Below are positions 59,717 through 64,000 of a stretch of DNA of 64,000 nucleotides, in pieces. Origin of the DNA: an uncultured Planctomycetia bacterium (lineage in GTDB: Bacteria; Omnitrophota; Gorgyraeia; JABMRG01); contig CAZWMG010000004.1 of assembly GCA_964634945.1 (NCBI GenBank), forward strand, positions 52,528 to 116,527. The letters are read 5' to 3'. Made by a program: the position numbers and the translations under genes. The notes under the pieces were generated by a model. It made no database searches and was not told the DNA's origin. It saw only the letters and a program-made list of their open reading frames with translations. Each line of letters starts with the position of its first letter. Positions within the stretch are counted from its first letter, which is position 1.

Positions 59717-61628
59717 AGGCATAACCTTTAAGCTCATATTTTTTATATTGACCAGTTGTACGCTTATCTTTACACTTGCGTTTGGGTACAACTATCTCTT
59801 CTCCCGCAGAATGATTATTAAAGGTATTGAGAATAATGCCAGAGATCTGACTCAACTTACGGTAAATAAGATAGAGTCGATTCTGCGTCCGATAGAAAAA
59901 GTACCGCAGAGTTTGGCGTTTTTGCTTGAGCAGTCTCTCTGTGAAAAAGAAGACCTGTTAAGCGTATTGCGTTCTTTAGTAGTGAACAACCCTGAGGTAT
60001 ACGGAGCAGCTATCGCCTTTGAGCCATACGCTTTTGAAAAAGATTCTTTATATTTCGCGCCTTATTTTTACCGAGATAAAGATACGATCAAATCCACTTA
60101 CTTAGGGGGCGACTCTTACCAGTACTTTTACTGGGATTGGTACCAGATCCCAAAAGAGATAGCGCGGCCCGTATGGAGTGAGCCGTATTACGACGAAGGC
60201 GGCGGAAATATTATCATGTCGACCTACTCGGTTCCGTTTTATAGATATGACGGAGACAAAAAAGTCTTTAAGGGCATCGTGACCGCTGATGTCTCCTTAT
60301 CCTGGCTTCAGGATATCGTCTCATCGATAAAGATCGGAGATACGGGTTATGGATTTCTGATATCTAATAATGGCAGGGTCGTTACTCATCCGCATAAGGA
60401 CCTTATTATGCATGAGACTATATTCAGCGTAGCTGAATCTCGAGGTGACGCTCGCCTGCGCAGGATAGGCAAGGATATGATAAATGGAAAGACTGATTTT
60501 ACCCCATTTAAAAGCCTTGTTACAGGCAATAAATGCTGGATCTCTTATAACAGGATACCTGCTACTGCCTGGAGCTTAGGAGTACTTTTTCCGCAAGATG
60601 AATTGATGAATGATATAATAAGGCTCAATTGGGTCGTATTCTTCTTGGGCATATTCGGTTTTTTGTTTCTCTTGATGGTCATTGTATTGATAGCAGGTAC
60701 TATTGCCCATCCGCTCAGGGGGCTATATAAGGCGACTAAAGATATCGGAACAGGCAATTTAGATTTCGAGCTGCCTGCTGTTAAGTCACAAGACGAGGTA
60801 GGCAAACTTACAGAGTCGTTTAGGTATATGAGAGAAGCTCTTAAGCGGTATATAAAAGATCTCAAAGAGACAACAGCGGCTAAAGAGAGGATAGAGAGTG
60901 AATTAAAGATAGCCCACGATATCCAGATGAATATCGTGCCTAAGACATTTCCGCCTTTCCCGGAAAGAAAAGAGATCGATCTCTACGCGCTTTTAGAACC
61001 CGCAAAAGAAGTAGGCGGGGATCTTTATGATTTCTTCTTTATTGGCGAAGACCGCCTCTGTTTTGTCATTGGGGATGTTTCAGGCAAGGGTGTTCCGGCA
61101 GCGCTTTTCATGGCTGTGGTTAAAACCATGATTAAGACCGTTGCCCATGAACTTGATAGCCCTGAAAAGATTTTCGAGACTGTAAACAAGGAGATGTGCC
61201 AGGGCAACGATTCCTGCATGTTCGTGACTGTATTTTGCGGGATACTGAATATAAAAACAGGAAAGCTTCGCTATGCTAATGCCGGGCACAATCCACCATT
61301 AATAATTAAGAATGCAGGCAGCGTAGATTTTTTAAAGATAGCACAAAATCCCGCTATAGGCATTATTGAAGAAATAGTCTTTATGGGGCAGGAGTTAGCG
61401 CTGACCCCCGGTGACGCTATCTATATGTATACGGATGGCGCTACAGAGGCATTTAGCAAAGACAGAGAGATGTTTTCAGAAGAAAGGTTAAAAAATGAAG
61501 TAGCTGCTTGCAAAGAGAGTTCTGCGCAAAGGATAGCCAAAAATACATTGGAGAAAATAAAAGACTTCACAAAAAATGCGCCTCAATCAGATGATATTAC
61601 CATTATGGTACTTAAGTATTTGAAGTAA
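59703..61628 (+). CDS. dCache-HAMP-SpoIIE (PP2C) membrane sensor phosphatase
   Basis: WYQIP..PVWSEPYYD Cache motif, DEVGKL HAMP, VGGDLYD, DVSGKG.PAA, NAGHNPP, YTDG, QSDDIT. Confidence 0.93.
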   Translation: MIKNRGITFKLIFFILTSCTLIFTLAFGYNYLFSRRMIIKGIENNARDLTQLTVNKIESILRPIEKVPQSLAFLLEQSLCEKEDLLSVLRSLVVNNPEVYGAAIAFEPYAFEKDSLYFAPYFYRDKDTIKSTYLGGDSYQYFYWDWYQIPKEIARPVWSEPYYDEGGGNIIMSTYSVPFYRYDGDKKVFKGIVTADVSLSWLQDIVSSIKIGDTGYGFLISNNGRVVTHPHKDLIMHETIFSVAESRGDARLRRIGKDMINGKTDFTPFKSLVTGNKCWISYNRIPATAWSLGVLFPQDELMNDIIRLNWVVFFLGIFGFLFLLMVIVLIAGTIAHPLRGLYKATKDIGTGNLDFELPAVKSQDEVGKLTESFRYMREALKRYIKDLKETTAAKERIESELKIAHDIQMNIVPKTFPPFPERKEIDLYALLEPAKEVGGDLYDFFFIGEDRLCFVIGDVSGKGVPAALFMAVVKTMIKTVAHELDSPEKIFETVNKEMCQGNDSCMFVTVFCGILNIKTGKLRYANAGHNPPLIIKNAGSVDFLKIAQNPAIGIIEEIVFMGQELALTPGDAIYMYTDGATEAFSKDREMFSEERLKNEVAACKESSAQRIAKNTLEKIKDFTKNAPQSDDITIMVLKYLK

Positions 61629-61690
61629 CCCCCCCCTAGCGATACCCCTATGGCACTTACCAATTTTTCCCAGGAACAGTTCTTTTTAGC

Positions 61691-61738
61691 CAAGACCGGT
61701 TCTCAAGCACAACCACCTGTGCTCAAGAACCGGTCTTG
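61691..61738. repeat. 48-bp palindrome, copy 2 (inverted, 2 mismatches)
   Basis: CAAGACCGGTTCTCAAGCACA-ACCACC-TGTGCTCAAGAACCGGTCTTG. Confidence 0.9.
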
Positions 61739-61781
61739 AGCCATAATCAGCTAATAATGTTTAATTTTCCTGGGTTTTTTC

Positions 61782-61810
61782 TTGACAACATAAACAGTTT
61801 CTGATAAAAT
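61782..61810 (+). promoter_or_regulatory. sigma70 promoter for the 61907 gene
   Basis: TTGACA-N17-TAAAAT with TG extension. Confidence 0.7.
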
Positions 61811-61906
61811 CTTTTTTATACCTTTTAAAATATCATTAGAATAGCATTGAGGACATCTAAGCCTTTCCGCATATCCTTAGATAGCGGAAAAACAAGGGGG
61901 CAGATC

Positions 61907-64000
61907 ATGGGAATACGGGTCAATAAACTTATATCAATCTTAATTGTACTGGCTTTTATATCTACCAGTACCAACCTAAACTATATATCTTCTTATATAA
62001 GCAACGATAAAGACGCTCTTAGGAGCATGTCCGCAAATAAGGCCGTGGCAGGCGATTTAAAGCAGGCGCTTATAGCGGCACCTGCATTGCAAGCGCTTTT
62101 AGGCGTACCTTCTACTAAAACATCCTCTGCAGGAGATCTGACAGATGTAACAGCCAAGCTAAAGCAGATACTCAAAAATCCTGATTTAAAACCGCCTGTT
62201 AGGATGCTTATAGATTCTTTAAGCGTATGGATTCAAGAGAATTCCGGACAGAAAAACAAAAACCATATATTGCAAAGGGCCGAACTTGACAAAAGGATAG
62301 ATGAGATAGAGGGCTTACTTGAGGAGATCGAGCTGGATATTCAGACTCCGGGAACAGGACATCTTCCTGAACTGGCAATTATATCTGATTATCATGGTGA
62401 GATTAACCTATTTCTTAAGTATGTTGCTGATATAATATCCCAAAAAATAGGCAAAAAGATAGAGCTAGACCATAAGATATTTCCACAGCAGTCGCTTAAA
62501 GAGCAGCTTGCTGCTCAAGGCGTTGATATCGCGCAGATAGATATAACCTTTTTTCTGTTGGGAGATTTTTTAGACAGGGGCGCTTATGGCGTCAAATGTT
62601 TCAGGCTTGCGGAAGAGATGATTAACCTTGGAATAGCAAAATATGTTACCGGTAATCATGATTTATGGGCATTCTTAAATGTTATGGGGTTTCATCTACC
62701 CGCTTATAAGGGGTATAATTTTTATGGGCAGGCAAAATCTGAGCAACTGGTTACTGACCATTGGAGCGATTCAGAGATAGCAGATAACAGGATTGCCTGG
62801 TGGACAGATAATCTTGCCGAGTATAATGCCTCGCAGCAGGAGCTCCAGAAAGACCTATTGCTTACTTATCGCGGCAAAAAGAAAACAGCTAATGTTATAA
62901 GAGAAGACCTTAAGGCAGTGTATTTGACAATTGAGCACATGCTTACAGAGCAGGAAAAGAAATTATGGCAGGATCTTGTAGGCTATTATTTCGGAACCAC
63001 AGATGTGTATACGGGTTTTCGCGCGGTAGGCATGATGTCAGCGCAGTGGTGGAAAAACAAGGTACAGGCCCTAGATAGAATCATTGAGACAAGCTTGGAG
63101 TATCAATCTCCGGAATCAGTTGCAACAGAGATATGGTATCAGGTAAAGGAATATACGGATCAGGCTGCTCTTGTTGTACAGACACGGTTGGACGACGCTA
63201 TTGCGCAAGGAGAGTGGTGGTATCAGGTATTTAATGATATCAATCATCAGAATTATGTATCTGTTGAATGGTGGGGCAAGGATTGGTCATCACATAAAGG
63301 ATGGGGTACAAGTGTTATAGATGAGTTAAACCTTTTAGAAAATAACGGAGTTTGGAACCAGGCAAACTACGTTGAGAATCAGCACCTTAAAGACCTGGCA
63401 ATGTTTTACAGAAAGAATTTTACGCTATATCAGAAAGACTCTTACGGTAACGTATACACACATGGCTGGCTGCCTATTAATATGGAGACAGGACGCATAT
63501 CTTTTCAATACAAAGGTGTTACATATGAAGATAGAGATGTATGGAACGGCCTGGAAGCCATACAGAACGATGTACGGGATTTGAGCAAGCCTCTTTCAGA
63601 GCTCCACGAAGCGCTTAGCCTGGTCAACTCCTGGTATGCGGATAAGACTACAAAGATAAAACCGGATCATATTAAGGCTTATCTCCAAGAGGTAGGACTA
63701 GAAAAAATATATAGTAAGCTTGGCATCAGATGTTGGTTTACGTGCCATAATCCGCTTAATAAGCTAGCTTCTAAAGGCATAAGTTTTAAGACCCAACAGG
63801 ATTTGTTGCTGCATTTTTCAGTTGATAAAGGTATGAGCTATAAAAAATTCAAAGACTTAGGAGCATATACAAGAGTAAGCTCAGAAGGCATTTTCCTAAG
63901 AGGATTTGCAAGTTCGAGTTTTCAGAGGATAATCGATAGCCCGCCTACTGTGACATTGCAGAAGGATGAAGAGTTTGGTTATGTTGCAAGAAAGAGATTT
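61907..64000 (+). CDS. Large secreted protein (partial) with KTSSAG linker followed by a calcineurin-like metallophosphoesterase domain
   Basis: Absent from the ORF track because it has no stop. MGIRVNKLISILIVLAFISTS...DALRSMS...TKTSSAG...ISDYHG...LGDFLDRG...GNHD...THG in one frame; AAGGGGG RBS. Confidence 0.85.
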   Translation, partial: MGIRVNKLISILIVLAFISTSTNLNYISSYISNDKDALRSMSANKAVAGDLKQALIAAPALQALLGVPSTKTSSAGDLTDVTAKLKQILKNPDLKPPVRMLIDSLSVWIQENSGQKNKNHILQRAELDKRIDEIEGLLEEIELDIQTPGTGHLPELAIISDYHGEINLFLKYVADIISQKIGKKIELDHKIFPQQSLKEQLAAQGVDIAQIDITFFLLGDFLDRGAYGVKCFRLAEEMINLGIAKYVTGNHDLWAFLNVMGFHLPAYKGYNFYGQAKSEQLVTDHWSDSEIADNRIAWWTDNLAEYNASQQELQKDLLLTYRGKKKTANVIREDLKAVYLTIEHMLTEQEKKLWQDLVGYYFGTTDVYTGFRAVGMMSAQWWKNKVQALDRIIETSLEYQSPESVATEIWYQVKEYTDQAALVVQTRLDDAIAQGEWWYQVFNDINHQNYVSVEWWGKDWSSHKGWGTSVIDELNLLENNGVWNQANYVENQHLKDLAMFYRKNFTLYQKDSYGNVYTHGWLPINMETGRISFQYKGVTYEDRDVWNGLEAIQNDVRDLSKPLSELHEALSLVNSWYADKTTKIKPDHIKAYLQEVGLEKIYSKLGIRCWFTCHNPLNKLASKGISFKTQQDLLLHFSVDKGMSYKKFKDLGAYTRVSSEGIFLRGFASSSFQRIIDSPPTVTLQKDEEFGYVARKRF

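Noticed and set aside
61855-61890. Possible pseudoknot in the leader of the 61907 gene (ATCTAAG/CTTAGAT and TTTCCGC/GCGGAAA)
   Set aside because: The third loop would be 1 nt, which is sterically implausible; at most alternative hairpins, with no riboswitch family I recognise.
63372-63584. 70-aa ORF
   Set aside because: Out-of-frame overlap inside the long open ORF starting at 61907.

Overview
This is a bacterial chromosomal window spanning the replication origin. The gene repertoire and giant secreted multi-domain proteins suggest a PVC-group organism, most likely Ca. Omnitrophota (inference, no phylogeny run). Left arm (minus strand): partial secreted protein, YgiQ radical SAM, tRNA-Glu, gyrA, gyrB, dciA, dnaN, oriC unwinding site, dnaA. 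Right arm (plus strand): rpmH-rnpA-yidD-yidC, parS-parA-parB, ndk, yicC-remA-gmk-rpoZ-coaC-coaB, tRNA-Cys/Val/Leu, thrS-infC-rpmI-rplT, trkH/trkA, pheST, 6S RNA, rarA, a 2200-aa modular protein, a cysK/DUF39/Rrf2 sulfur cluster, ygfA-rny-ymdB, xseAB-ispA-dxs, a four-subunit 2-oxoacid:ferredoxin oxidoreductase, gltX-tRNA-Gln, a GIY-YIG mini-element, K+ channel, RlmD-like methyltransferase, a RAYT transposase with 24-bp IRs, a STAS/SBP/PP2C module and a second large secreted protein. Two candidate undescribed systems stand out. (1) A secreted 'cassette polyprotein' system: unrelated enzyme domains are joined by a conserved [KR][AT]SS[SA]G linker that also looks conserved at DNA level, behind an EreA/ChaN/TIKI-like putative peptidase domain. 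That domain has a paralog at the left edge, and both linker-bearing genes share a 48-bp upstream palindrome. (2) Small structured hairpin elements that sit at and inside tRNA genes, with a GIY-YIG nuclease gene flanked by inverted hairpins and followed by a tRNA 3'-end duplication. All domain calls come from reading motifs by eye; no database searches were run.
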